A DNA stretch of 38,359 bases from positions 1 to 38,359 of IMG/VR virus record IMGVR_UViG_3300033076_001014. One strand, 5' to 3'. This document shows positions 1 to 9,205 of the stretch, in pieces. Source of the stretch: a virus (Duplodnaviria; Caudoviricetes). The notes under the pieces are model-generated. The model had not been told where the DNA came from and did not search any database. It saw only the letters and a list, made by a program, of their open reading frames with translations. Both the position numbers and the translations under genes were made by a program. How positions within the stretch are numbered: the first letter of the stretch is position 1; each line of letters opens with the position of its first letter.

Positions 1-48
1 GGCCTTGGCGTAATGCGCACAGTAGAGAAAGTAAAAGGGGTAAACTAA
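1..48 (+). CDS. C-terminal end of a 3-TM (GTA-type) holin, truncated by the window edge
   Basis: Frame 1 reads [15 protein letters not shown], matching the GLGxxRTxEKxKGV C-terminal motif of 3TM holins. Not in the ORF track. Confidence 0.7.
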   Translation, partial: GLGVMRTVEKVKGVN

Positions 49-182
49 TGCCACTCAAAAAAGGCAAAAGCAACAAAGTAATCTCGGCCAACATAAAAAC
101 CGAAATGAAGGCAGGCAAGCCGCAGAAGCAGGCTGTTGCCATTGCGCTGTCAAAAGCTGGCAAGTCTAAGACCAAAAAATAA
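48..182 (+). CDS. Small basic phage protein (44 aa, [44 protein letters not shown])
   Basis: Manual translation. ATG overlaps the holin TAA. The MPLKKG...ENI/ANI...[11 protein letters not shown] pattern is a widespread phage family found next to terminase genes. Confidence 0.8.
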   Translation: MPLKKGKSNKVISANIKTEMKAGKPQKQAVAIALSKAGKSKTKK

Positions 183-261
183 GCAATCTGGCGCGCAAAC
201 ATAGTCGAAAATCGCGTCAGTCTCAAAAATCACGGGGTTTATACCCGACAAACACCAAGTA

Positions 262-278
262 ATGTTATAAAGTAACAT
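262..278. promoter_or_regulatory. Palindromic site ATGTTA-TAAAG-TAACAT upstream of terS (candidate late-gene control site)
   Basis: Near-identical copy ACGTTA-TAAAA-TAACAT at 6498-6514 upstream of the scaffold gene. Confidence 0.5.
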
Positions 279-301
279 CCGCAAAAACACGAATTTACAC
301 G

Positions 302-739
302 ATGGCAAAAAAGACGTTTAGCAGCGAATACCAGCCAGACCCAAGCCGCAGAAGTGGTGGCCCTCAGTCTGGTGTTAAAAAACTGCGTGATGCTTTGGAG
401 CGAAAGTTCTCATCTGGTGACGTTGATGGCTTTGATACCTTCGATGATTGGCTAGTTCACAAAGCGCTTGAGGAAGGAGGCGTCTACTTGCAGATAGTTG
501 CAAGCCGGGCAGTCCCAACGTACAAGCCTACCCTTGAGCCGATTAAAATAGATTATGACAAGAACGGAACCGCAGTTGAAAAGGCATCGGCAGTTTACAA
601 TGCAGTGGCGGATGGCGAGATACCTGCAGACGTCGGCTCTATGCTTATAGACTCGCTCAGCAAAATGCTCAACATCGAAGAGCTGACAGACCTTAAAGCC
701 CGCCTTGAGCGGATCGAAGAAATTTTAAACAAACAGTAG
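302..739 (+). CDS. Putative terminase small subunit
   Basis: 145 aa, first gene of the packaging block, C-terminal coiled coil (ELTDLKARLERIEE). Call is positional. Confidence 0.55.
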   Translation: MAKKTFSSEYQPDPSRRSGGPQSGVKKLRDALERKFSSGDVDGFDTFDDWLVHKALEEGGVYLQIVASRAVPTYKPTLEPIKIDYDKNGTAVEKASAVYNAVADGEIPADVGSMLIDSLSKMLNIEELTDLKARLERIEEILNKQ

Positions 740-761
740 CCGCTCGCGGCAGGAGGAAAAC

Positions 762-2252
762 ATGGCAACACTAAGCGCGGGCAGTGCAATAACTATAACC
801 ATTGATGCAGGGAAAACTCTTTATGTCGATGGTAATGCAGAGGTATTCGGTGTCGGCTCTCCACAAATTGTAAATGGAGATGGTAGGTTTGGGCCTTACA
901 CTTCTGCTGTAGATGTGACACTAAGAGCATTAAGCCAGGTAACATATTTTGAAAATATTGGCGGCACTCCAATTGACCCATATTTGTTCAAAAGCACCCC
1001 GTTAAGCAAATACATGGGGTCGCAGATTTATGCGAATGTTACCGCTCAAGCGTCAACAGGAACAAACTTCTGCTATCACATGACGATAGTAATACCAACT
1101 GACGCTAAGCGGTTCCGTGTTGCTCTGGATAACGCAAATACGTCGTCACCTTTCCGCATTGCATCTGGGGCAATTGCAACTTCTGACAGCGTTGGTGCCG
1201 ATCCTACTTTTGGCGCTACCACTGGGCAAGCTCGATTCACGCCGACAAACGGGACAGCGTGGACGGCCATCACCTGGGGCGGTGCGTCTAGTATTGAAAT
1301 CGCTGCAGCTGAGTCGGCAACACTCAAGCGCCGCCGATGGTCGGACTGGATCACCGCCCCAACAGTAGAAAACACTGACGGCTCGCGCCTGCGCGTGGTG
1401 ATGATCCGCTTCTGGGTGCTAGGCACCGGCTCAAGCCCTGGAAACTCATACACAACCGGCACATACACTCAAGCGTGGCGCTGTTTGGCCGCCAATACGG
1501 CGCTGCATGGTGGGTTTTTATGGCAGTGCATACGCGGCACGGTTGATGGTGTTGCGGTTCCTGCCAACTTCCAGCCAACCACAGACCTGGGGGCATCGCC
1601 GTTTGTTACTTCTATCGAGTACGAAACATACACTCCAGGACTGGTTATAAATGGTGCCATGGGTGATTCTTGGCTTGCCGGAGCTGTGAATGCGTCAAGC
1701 GGCAATTTCGGTAATGGTTGGATTTGGAAAACGGTTAAAGCGCTTCGAGAGCAAAACCCAGGAGTACCGATAGACTTAGTTAACAACGGCTATGCAGGTG
1801 CTGCTACAGCGTCAAGCTATAACTTGGCATTGTCCATGCTGAACTCAGCAACCGCCGTTGGCATACCCGTAATTATGTCAGGGTCTCAAAATGACGGCGC
1901 GCCAACTCAAGCATTAAGCGAGGCTCAGAGAGCTAGGGTTGACTCGCTGTTGTCTTTATGGCCTTACAAAGATCATGCCATTTTGACAACATATGGGCCA
2001 AACACGGCATTAGCATGGACGGCCACGCAAGACGCCGAGCGCTTACGTTATAACGTCGAAATATCCGCTTTAAAATCGTCTGCGGTAAATGTTGTTGACA
2101 TGGGTGTTGTGGGTGATGGGGCAACTCCTGAACGATTCGTTGCAAGATGGACGACGGACAGCAACCACCCTAACGAAAATGGGCACGCGATTATTGCTGA
2201 TAACGCCCTCACCAATATGTCAGCCATTTTAACGGTCAAAACCAGCGGTTAA
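762..2252 (+). CDS. SGNH/GDSL-hydrolase-domain protein, probably virion-associated
   Basis: SGNH blocks GDSWLAG, NNGYAG, SGSQND and DSNHPN in the C-terminal part. Beta-rich, Thr/Gly/Ala-rich N-terminal part. Strong RBS AGGAGG. Confidence 0.75.
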   Translation: MATLSAGSAITITIDAGKTLYVDGNAEVFGVGSPQIVNGDGRFGPYTSAVDVTLRALSQVTYFENIGGTPIDPYLFKSTPLSKYMGSQIYANVTAQASTGTNFCYHMTIVIPTDAKRFRVALDNANTSSPFRIASGAIATSDSVGADPTFGATTGQARFTPTNGTAWTAITWGGASSIEIAAAESATLKRRRWSDWITAPTVENTDGSRLRVVMIRFWVLGTGSSPGNSYTTGTYTQAWRCLAANTALHGGFLWQCIRGTVDGVAVPANFQPTTDLGASPFVTSIEYETYTPGLVINGAMGDSWLAGAVNASSGNFGNGWIWKTVKALREQNPGVPIDLVNNGYAGAATASSYNLALSMLNSATAVGIPVIMSGSQNDGAPTQALSEAQRARVDSLLSLWPYKDHAILTTYGPNTALAWTATQDAERLRYNVEISALKSSAVNVVDMGVVGDGATPERFVARWTTDSNHPNENGHAIIADNALTNMSAILTVKTSG

Positions 2253-2255
2253 TTT

Positions 2256-3926
2256 ATGGGCGCCCGACAGTCCCTAGCGCGGCTCGAAAAGCTCGAGCTG
2301 CGATTAAGCCAAGTAACCGGTGACTCATACTCATCGGTTTTTGGCATTGTGTCGGCGAGTGGTGAGCTGTTGCGATGTGTAAAGCGAGTTAACGGATCTT
2401 GGATTGAGGTAGACGAAAAGCCAGAGATTTACCTGGCCGAAAAGCTCGAGCTAGTGTTATACAGTAACAGGCGTTTTGTGGTTGTTATTGGTGGCCGGGG
2501 GTCTGCAAAGTCCGTTGGGGTTCATGACATAGTATTGAGCCGGGTGCGCGATAGCGGCGCCAAGGTAATGTGCATGCGGGAATTCCAAGAAAGCATCGCA
2601 GAGTCCGTTCACTCACTTCTTGAGGAAGAGATAGGCCGGTTATCTATGAATGGTTTTGAAGTGCAGGAGAAGGCCATTTACTCAAGCACAGGTGGCGAGA
2701 TTAAGTACCGTGGATTAAGCCGAAACCCTAGCTCTGTTAAGTCAGCGCACGGGTTCGATATATTCTGCTGTGAAGAGTCCGACAACCTTAGCGACAGGTC
2801 AATCAAGACGCTGACACCGACGGCTAGGAACAAGGCCAAGTTTGGAACGCCTGCTGAAATCCTGGCGGCCATGAATGACACCGAAGAGGACGAATTGGCA
2901 GGCGTTCAGATGTTCTTCATTGCCAACCCTAAGAGCGCGAATGACCCATTTAGTAAGCGGTTTATAAACCCGTACTTAGACGATCTGCGCCGCGATGGGT
3001 TTTATGAGGACGAGCTCCACCTAATCGTAATGATGAACTATGACGATAACCCATGGTACGGGTTGAGCGGACTAGAGGGCGAGCGCCAACACGACCTAGC
3101 AAACCTTTCTCCAGCCATGTACGAGCACATCTGGGAAGGCGGTTACATGGACGAGGTTGAGAATTCCATTATCACCCAGGAGTGGTTCAACGCCTGCATT
3201 GACGCCGACATTAAGAAGGGGTTTGATCCAAAAGGCTCTATTATTGTTTCGCTTGACCCGAGCGATGAAGGTAACGACCCGAAAGGCTTAACCGTTCGCC
3301 AGGGATCAGTGATACTTGACTGCATTGAGAATAAAGAAGGTGATGCATTTTCTTGCATCAAGTGGGCAGCAGATAAGTGCCGGGAATGGAAGGCAGACCA
3401 TTTTATCTGGGACGCTGACGGCATTGGCGCGACACTGCGCAATGAGGTGGCCCAGCAGTTGGCTGGCTTAAAGATTCAGATCCACCAGTACCGAGGTAGC
3501 GCGGCAGTAGCCAGCCCGAAAGGGGTTTATTCTTTTGAGAATAACGGCATGCCAATCCGCAACCCTGTGAGCAATGAAGACTTATTTTATAACCGCCGCA
3601 GCCAACGAATTTGGGGTATACGCGACCGGATTTACTTCACCTGGCGCGCGGTGACCTATAACGAATACATTGACCCTGCAAAACTGATTAGTTTTCGATC
3701 CACCATTAAAGACATAGGGGTTTTGCGGTCAGAAGCGTGTAAAATACCATTAAAAACAACCGGAAACCCAGGCGAGATTCAGATAATGAGCAAAGCCGAC
3801 ATGAAAAAAATAGGCATTAAATCGCCTAATATGTTCGACTCGCTAACCGCCGCCTTCGACGTTCCAGAAGTACCAGTATCAAAACAAGTAGTTATGCCAA
3901 AACCCATTCAAAGGTTGAGAATGTGA
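2256..3926 (+). CDS. terL: Terminase large subunit (PBSX-like)
   Basis: Walker A GGRGSAKS, MREFQESIAESV, Walker B CCEES, ANP coupling motif, nuclease LDPSDEGND and SPNMFDS. Confidence 0.92.
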   Translation: MGARQSLARLEKLELRLSQVTGDSYSSVFGIVSASGELLRCVKRVNGSWIEVDEKPEIYLAEKLELVLYSNRRFVVVIGGRGSAKSVGVHDIVLSRVRDSGAKVMCMREFQESIAESVHSLLEEEIGRLSMNGFEVQEKAIYSSTGGEIKYRGLSRNPSSVKSAHGFDIFCCEESDNLSDRSIKTLTPTARNKAKFGTPAEILAAMNDTEEDELAGVQMFFIANPKSANDPFSKRFINPYLDDLRRDGFYEDELHLIVMMNYDDNPWYGLSGLEGERQHDLANLSPAMYEHIWEGGYMDEVENSIITQEWFNACIDADIKKGFDPKGSIIVSLDPSDEGNDPKGLTVRQGSVILDCIENKEGDAFSCIKWAADKCREWKADHFIWDADGIGATLRNEVAQQLAGLKIQIHQYRGSAAVASPKGVYSFENNGMPIRNPVSNEDLFYNRRSQRIWGIRDRIYFTWRAVTYNEYIDPAKLISFRSTIKDIGVLRSEACKIPLKTTGNPGEIQIMSKADMKKIGIKSPNMFDSLTAAFDVPEVPVSKQVVMPKPIQRLRM

Positions 3927-5998
3927 AAAACACGATTGAGCTAGAAGACCTCAGAGAAGATTTCGAGTCGGATAAAAAGCACAATGCAGATACCCGCCAA
4001 GAGGCGCAGGATCTCATGTATTTCTACATGATCAGCCACTACACCGATGAGTGGCGCCATCAAATCCCGCTTAAATTCCAGGGCCAGTTCGATAACATCA
4101 AGAAGGCCGGGCGCAAAATAATCGCCGACCTAATCAGCCAAGAGGTACAGGCAGATTTCGCGCCTCGCTATGGTACACCTCCAGAACTATCCGAATTGGC
4201 AGACAAACTTTACCGAACCGACATTACCCGCAATATATCCATCGAGGCCCATGAGAATGCGATCATGGAGCAGGTGCCTTGCGGTATCGGCGGATGGCGC
4301 TGGGTTAACCGGTGGGAATCAAACCGCATTGGCGACCGCAACCAGGTACTTGAGCGAGTGCCTATTCACGAATTTAACGCCCGTGTGTTCTGGGATGAGT
4401 GCGCCAAGCTGCAGGACAAATCAGACGCTAAGCGCGTGCACATTGTTACCGGATACAGCGAGGAAGGATTCGAGGAGTTGAAAGAAGAATTAACGGGTGA
4501 GGAAGAGGAATACGACAACGAATCAGAATCAGATTGCGAAGGAGGCTATTCAAGCATTGCCCCAGAGCGCGGCAAAAATCAGGTTACATACGATTCTGCA
4601 GATCGCTATGTTGTTGAGTCATACTATAAATTCCGAGAAAAAATCACAGTACTATTTTTTGAAGACGACAGCGGGCAGGTTTCCGCCTATGAAAAATCTG
4701 AAGCCAAGAAGTTTGCTGCGCAACTAAAAGAAGAGGGCAAGCGCCAGTTCGACAGCCGCAAGATTGAAGTAGATAAAGTACGCAAGTTCACATGGACAGA
4801 AAAAGAAATCCTTGCAGAGGAGGATGTTGCCGGGCCGAATATTCCGGTTGTAGTTGCCTACGGCGAGCGCGCGTTTGTTAATGGCGTGGAACACTATGAG
4901 GGGATTACCCGTGGTGTTAAAGACCAGGCCATGCTCAGAAATACGTTATACAGTTACATGGCTGACATTGCCATTAACTCACCACGCTCAATCCCATCCT
5001 ATTTCCCTGAGCAGATTGCCGGGCACGAGTGGATGTATCAGGAGAACGGTGCTGACAGTAACCTTCCTTACCGCTTGCAGAATAGGAAAAGTGACGATGA
5101 TCAGGAGTTACCAATTGGCCCGGTGGCGTTAAGCCCACCACCTGAACTGCCACCGGCTCTTGTTGCTGCCATTGGGCTCACTAACGAAACAATTCAGGAC
5201 GCGGCACAATCCGCTGCCCCTAATTCAATCAGTGATGTTTCATTGTCCGGCAATGCTATTAGCGAAATACGGGCAATGCTGGACGAAAACGGTATTATAT
5301 TCCGCCGTGGTGATAAAAATGCGCTGCGGCGCGATGCCGAGATCTGGATGGGCATGGCCCCTGCAGTTTATGGCATCGAGCGCCAAGTAGTCGGCACAAG
5401 CAAAGACGGCAAAACAGAGGAAATTTGGGTAAACCGCACGCGCTACAACATCGAGACCGGTAAAGAGGAGGTTTTAAACGACCTCAGCGCCGCCACCTTT
5501 GACGTTACTGTTGAGCTTTCACAGGCCTTCGGATCTCAGCGCCAACAAGAGCGCCAAGAGCTGGCCGCAATGCTCACTAGCGTTCCTCCTGGAACTCCAG
5601 AATATAGAATGCTGTTGTTCAAGTATTTCACCCTGACAGATTCGACCAACTTCAGCGACATTAAGAAATTTGCACTCAAACAGCTTTTGATTGACGGCGT
5701 GCGCGATCCAGAAAACGAGGAAGACCAGGCGATATTGGCCAATGCACAGCAGGCGCAAGGTCAGCCAGATGCAAATATGGCCCTGGCAATGGCAGAGCAA
5801 GCTAAGGCCGAGAACCAAGCCATTAAAACGCAACTTGATCACGAGGTAGCCGTTTACAATGCTGAGACACAGCGCATTGATGTAATTTCAAAAGCGGAGC
5901 AGGGCGGCGCCACAATAGCTTTGAAGCAAGCTGAATTGGTTGGCAAGCAGATCGAGTCAGCCCACAAGATGACTACGGGAGGTTCGCAGGCGGCTTAG
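3923..5998 (+). CDS. Portal protein (P22 gp1-like)
   Basis: 691 aa after terL. Motifs GIGGWR, VFWD..AK..DKSDA, IPVVVAYGE and GITRGVKDQ, with a long helical C-terminal barrel. Confidence 0.88.
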   Translation: MKNTIELEDLREDFESDKKHNADTRQEAQDLMYFYMISHYTDEWRHQIPLKFQGQFDNIKKAGRKIIADLISQEVQADFAPRYGTPPELSELADKLYRTDITRNISIEAHENAIMEQVPCGIGGWRWVNRWESNRIGDRNQVLERVPIHEFNARVFWDECAKLQDKSDAKRVHIVTGYSEEGFEELKEELTGEEEEYDNESESDCEGGYSSIAPERGKNQVTYDSADRYVVESYYKFREKITVLFFEDDSGQVSAYEKSEAKKFAAQLKEEGKRQFDSRKIEVDKVRKFTWTEKEILAEEDVAGPNIPVVVAYGERAFVNGVEHYEGITRGVKDQAMLRNTLYSYMADIAINSPRSIPSYFPEQIAGHEWMYQENGADSNLPYRLQNRKSDDDQELPIGPVALSPPPELPPALVAAIGLTNETIQDAAQSAAPNSISDVSLSGNAISEIRAMLDENGIIFRRGDKNALRRDAEIWMGMAPAVYGIERQVVGTSKDGKTEEIWVNRTRYNIETGKEEVLNDLSAATFDVTVELSQAFGSQRQQERQELAAMLTSVPPGTPEYRMLLFKYFTLTDSTNFSDIKKFALKQLLIDGVRDPENEEDQAILANAQQAQGQPDANMALAMAEQAKAENQAIKTQLDHEVAVYNAETQRIDVISKAEQGGATIALKQAELVGKQIESAHKMTTGGSQAA

Positions 5999-6240
5999 TA
6001 TTGGGCGCTGTTAATTAAGTCTTTTTCATTTAACGGCGCCCAGCAAATTAGTTCTGTTTCTCTCCAATTAACAATCGGAATTTCATTTTTAAAACCAAAC
6101 CATCCGCTGTATGTTTTGCCGTGGAATCGCGGAGATAAAAACTTAACAATTGACGTTTTGTCTATCTCATCAAGCGCACGATGATCTAAGTAGATTGTTT
6201 TTACTCTTATCGCGGTTCCGTCTATGGGAGCAGACGACAT
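5995..6240 (-). CDS. Hypothetical protein (81 aa) in a counter-oriented insert
   Basis: ORF just downstream of 6247..6438. Its N-terminus MSSAPIDGT resembles common phage 'APxDGT' proteins. Confidence 0.55.
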   Translation of the reverse strand: MSSAPIDGTAIRVKTIYLDHRALDEIDKTSIVKFLSPRFHGKTYSGWFGFKNEIPIVNWRETELICWAPLNEKDLINSAQY

Positions 6241-6246
6241 TGGTTG

Positions 6247-6438
6247 TCATCTCATTTCAGCATCCTTTGGCTCTGGCTGCTCAGAAAACCCAGACCTGGG
6301 CCGGTAGGTCAACTCAAACACGCCAGCTTTATAGGCGTCGTTATTGATTAGAACTTGGCGCCCATCTGCCGCAGCGGCGAAAACCTCAGCTGCAGCCCGG
6401 TTGAATTGCGTTGCTGTGAATACTTTTTTCTCGGTCAT
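6247..6438 (-). CDS. Phd/YefM-fold small DNA-binding (antitoxin-like) protein
   Basis: FTATQFNRAAAEVFAAAADGRQVLINN fits the beta-alpha-alpha-beta Phd N-terminal pattern. Confidence 0.55.
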   Translation of the reverse strand: MTEKKVFTATQFNRAAAEVFAAAADGRQVLINNDAYKAGVFELTYRPRSGFSEQPEPKDAEMR

Positions 6439-6467
6439 TTTGCGATTCCGTATCTATACGTAACCAA

Positions 6468-6496
6468 AATATAGCCGCAACTCAAAACTATTGCAA
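6468..6496 (-). promoter_or_regulatory. Sigma70-like promoter for the leftward insert
   Basis: Minus strand TTGCAA-17 nt-TATATT. Confidence 0.55.
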
Positions 6497-6497
6497 T

Positions 6498-6514
6498 ACG
6501 TTATAAAATAACAT
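6498..6514. promoter_or_regulatory. Second copy of the palindromic late-gene site
   Basis: ACGTTATAAAATAACAT, 15/17 identical to 262-278. Confidence 0.5.
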
Positions 6515-6582
6515 TACGCGGCGGCGGATCACGCAAGCCTACCGGGGGCTACTCGGGTTTATCGTTCATAGCGAGAGAAACT

Positions 6583-7605
6583 ATGTCAGAAGCACAGTCA
6601 CTAGCGGACTTAAAAGCCCAAATTGAGGCCGAGGAAGCGCAAGCCAATGCGGTACAAGCCGAAGCAACCGAAGCCGAAGAGGTTGAGGAAATTGAGGCGG
6701 AGGATGTAGAGCAGGAATCGGAAGATGCTGAGCAAGAATCCGAGCAGGAGGACGGCGAACCGGCATCAGAAGAGGAGGAGCTACCAGACTGGGCGAAGCC
6801 AGAAAGTGACAAAGAAAAGGGCGCTGTCCCTGTTGCGAAACACGTTGAAATTAAACACAAGTTGCAAGGCAAAATTGCTGATAAAGACGCTGAAATTGCG
6901 GCGTTAAAACAGCAGCTAGAGCAAGCGCAGGCAATACAACCTCAGAACGTAGAGGATTTGGAAATTGCTAAAGAGGCCTGGGAGTTTGACGGCACAGCCG
7001 AAGAATACCAGCGCTACAAAGCGCAAATCGACGCCCGCAACGCGATTAAATTGCAACGAGCAGAGCAGCAAAGACAAGCCAACGAACAACATCAGCGCGA
7101 GGAAGCGGCGAGAGTCGAGGCCGAGCTTGATAAACACTATGAACGAGCAACAGAACTAGTAACAAGCGGGATAATTAAACAGCCAGAACAATTCAAAGCA
7201 GCAGAGCAAACGGTTATTAAATCGGTTGATTCTATTGTTCCTGGCGTCGGTTCGGAAATTGTCAAAATGATGATTTCTAGATTAGGCGTAGGTTCTGAGA
7301 AGGTTATTTTTCACCTTGGTACTAATTCTGTAGAACGGCAGAAATTTGAAAATGAATTAAGGTCAGACTCGACAGGCTTTAAAGCGGCGATGTTTTTAGC
7401 TGAAAAGAAGGCCTTATTTAACTCAAAACCTGTTGTTAAACCAAAACCCGTCCCTAAGCCAGATGTGCCACTGCAGGGCAAAGCGCCGAAAGTCACCAAC
7501 CACAAAGCCGCATATTTAAAAGCGGAAAAGTCTGGTGATTACGAAGCCGCAAGTGCTGCAAGAAAGGCCGCCAGAGCTGCGGGAGAAGATCCCTCTAATT
7601 GGTAG
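6583..7605 (+). CDS. Capsid scaffolding protein
   Basis: Acidic N-terminus, coiled coils, basic C-terminal helix-turn-helix, directly before the coat gene. Confidence 0.8.
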   Translation: MSEAQSLADLKAQIEAEEAQANAVQAEATEAEEVEEIEAEDVEQESEDAEQESEQEDGEPASEEEELPDWAKPESDKEKGAVPVAKHVEIKHKLQGKIADKDAEIAALKQQLEQAQAIQPQNVEDLEIAKEAWEFDGTAEEYQRYKAQIDARNAIKLQRAEQQRQANEQHQREEAARVEAELDKHYERATELVTSGIIKQPEQFKAAEQTVIKSVDSIVPGVGSEIVKMMISRLGVGSEKVIFHLGTNSVERQKFENELRSDSTGFKAAMFLAEKKALFNSKPVVKPKPVPKPDVPLQGKAPKVTNHKAAYLKAEKSGDYEAASAARKAARAAGEDPSNW

Positions 7606-7615
7606 GTAAAATATT

Positions 7616-8899
7616 ATGGCAACTGCAAGTACCTTGAAAACAGTTCTCGCTTATATGGAGAGCGCTGTAGAAGGCTTTGAATCTCAATCGAATATGATTG
7701 ACAAAGTCAAAATCACAACCCCAGACGCTGCTGATATGCAGAATGCTGGCAACTTTGTTGTTAAGAAAATCCAACAACACAGCGCCAGCATTTCAGGCTT
7801 TGATTTAACTGGATTAGAAACCGGCATGACCGCCGAGGCCGTTATTCTTGGCTTAGGAACTCCTGAAAACGCCTTTGTAAGCCTGCGCGCGGATGACCTA
7901 CGCGATATGAGCTATATCCGCGACCAAGGCCGCGCCGATGGTGAGAAGCGAGCATCAGTTTTAAATAAGGCAATCGTTGACTCTATCCGCTTAACCGGAT
8001 CTTTAGCTTATCGCACCAACGTAACTAGCGGTTTTGATGCTATCAGCCTGATTCAGGCAGGTATGAACAAGCGCCAAACTCGCGCCAGTGGTCGTTATGT
8101 TGCGCTGAATGATACCCATTTGCAGGCGTACGCTAAAGACTTAGCAGGCCGCCAAACTCTCCAGGGCCAACCTGGCGACACATACCAAAAAGGCGTTTTG
8201 TATCCTCGTGTTGCAGGCTTTGATGTTATGTCATCCAGCTCAATCAGCCTGCTTACCGGTGGCGCTGACCCCGCAACTACTGTTACCGGAACCCAGTCAT
8301 TTAGCCCAATCCCTGTAGGTTCCGTGTCCGCTTCTGGTGGCACCGTTACTAACATCGACTACCGAACAGCGACTATCCCGGTAGCTGCATCTGCGTCTTA
8401 TAACGTTGGCGACCGCGTTACATTTGCAAACGGCGGTGTAACTGTTAAAGCCGTTGGCCGTGATGACAAAACAGTTACCGATGAGGCGATGAGCTTTGTT
8501 ATCGTTTCCAAACCATCAGGAACTAGTATTGAAGTATGGCCTAAACCGATCGCGTTCGATGATCCAGCATTGAGCACATTGGATAAGGCATATGCGAATA
8601 TCAATACTCGAATCCTTAACGCTGCCACTGTAAACCGCGTAAATACCGACGCCAGTACTCAACCGTCTATCGCCTGGCAAAAAGACTCTATTGAGGTTCT
8701 TGCCGGTGAAATGCCAATGGAAAAACTTGGTGAATGGGGCGGTATGAAAGTAGCCAAAGAGCGCCTATCTAACGGCATGGTTATGTACATGCTTTATGAT
8801 GCAAACATTGCCAGCCTGCAAGCAAGATGGCGTATGTTCATTTGGTACGGCGTGAACAACGTGCGTCCAATGGATAACGGCATTCTCATCAAGTACTAA
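7616..8899 (+). CDS. Major capsid protein (P22 gp5-like)
   Basis: 427 aa, P22 coat-like motifs LRADDLRD, YAKDLAGRQTL, VAGFDV, insertion domain VGDRVTFA and C-terminal IWYGVNNVRP. Confidence 0.9.
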   Translation: MATASTLKTVLAYMESAVEGFESQSNMIDKVKITTPDAADMQNAGNFVVKKIQQHSASISGFDLTGLETGMTAEAVILGLGTPENAFVSLRADDLRDMSYIRDQGRADGEKRASVLNKAIVDSIRLTGSLAYRTNVTSGFDAISLIQAGMNKRQTRASGRYVALNDTHLQAYAKDLAGRQTLQGQPGDTYQKGVLYPRVAGFDVMSSSSISLLTGGADPATTVTGTQSFSPIPVGSVSASGGTVTNIDYRTATIPVAASASYNVGDRVTFANGGVTVKAVGRDDKTVTDEAMSFVIVSKPSGTSIEVWPKPIAFDDPALSTLDKAYANINTRILNAATVNRVNTDASTQPSIAWQKDSIEVLAGEMPMEKLGEWGGMKVAKERLSNGMVMYMLYDANIASLQARWRMFIWYGVNNVRPMDNGILIKY

Positions 8900-8907
8900 G
8901 ACTCGCC

Positions 8908-8930
8908 GGGGGCTTCGCGCCCCCTTTTTT
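8908..8930 (+). terminator. Intrinsic terminator after the coat gene
   Basis: GGGGGC-TTCGC-GCCCCC followed by T6. Confidence 0.8.
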
Positions 8931-8944
8931 CATTTGGAGAATTT

Positions 8945-9205
8945 ATGGCCATTTCGCTTTATAAAAAAGGTGTTTCGCATGTTGTTGATGGAGTGCATTG
9001 CACGGTCGTAACCGTTCAAACTGTTGACGATATGAATGCTTTGTTAGCAGGCGGCGAACACTTTCACACCGTTGAAGAGGTTTATGCTGTTGCCGCCAAG
9101 AAAGGCCGCAAAACTAAGCCTATTGAAGAGGTTGCAGAAGTAGTAGAATCGGCTGAATCTGAACCAGCGGCGGACACAGATGAAGACGAAAATCGAGCTG
9201 ATTAA
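8945..9205 (+). CDS. Small conserved protein after coat (P22-like cluster)
   Basis: RBS GGAG, LYKKG...V.GV.C pattern, acidic tail, typical position. Confidence 0.7.
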   Translation: MAISLYKKGVSHVVDGVHCTVVTVQTVDDMNALLAGGEHFHTVEEVYAVAAKKGRKTKPIEEVAEVVESAESEPAADTDEDENRAD

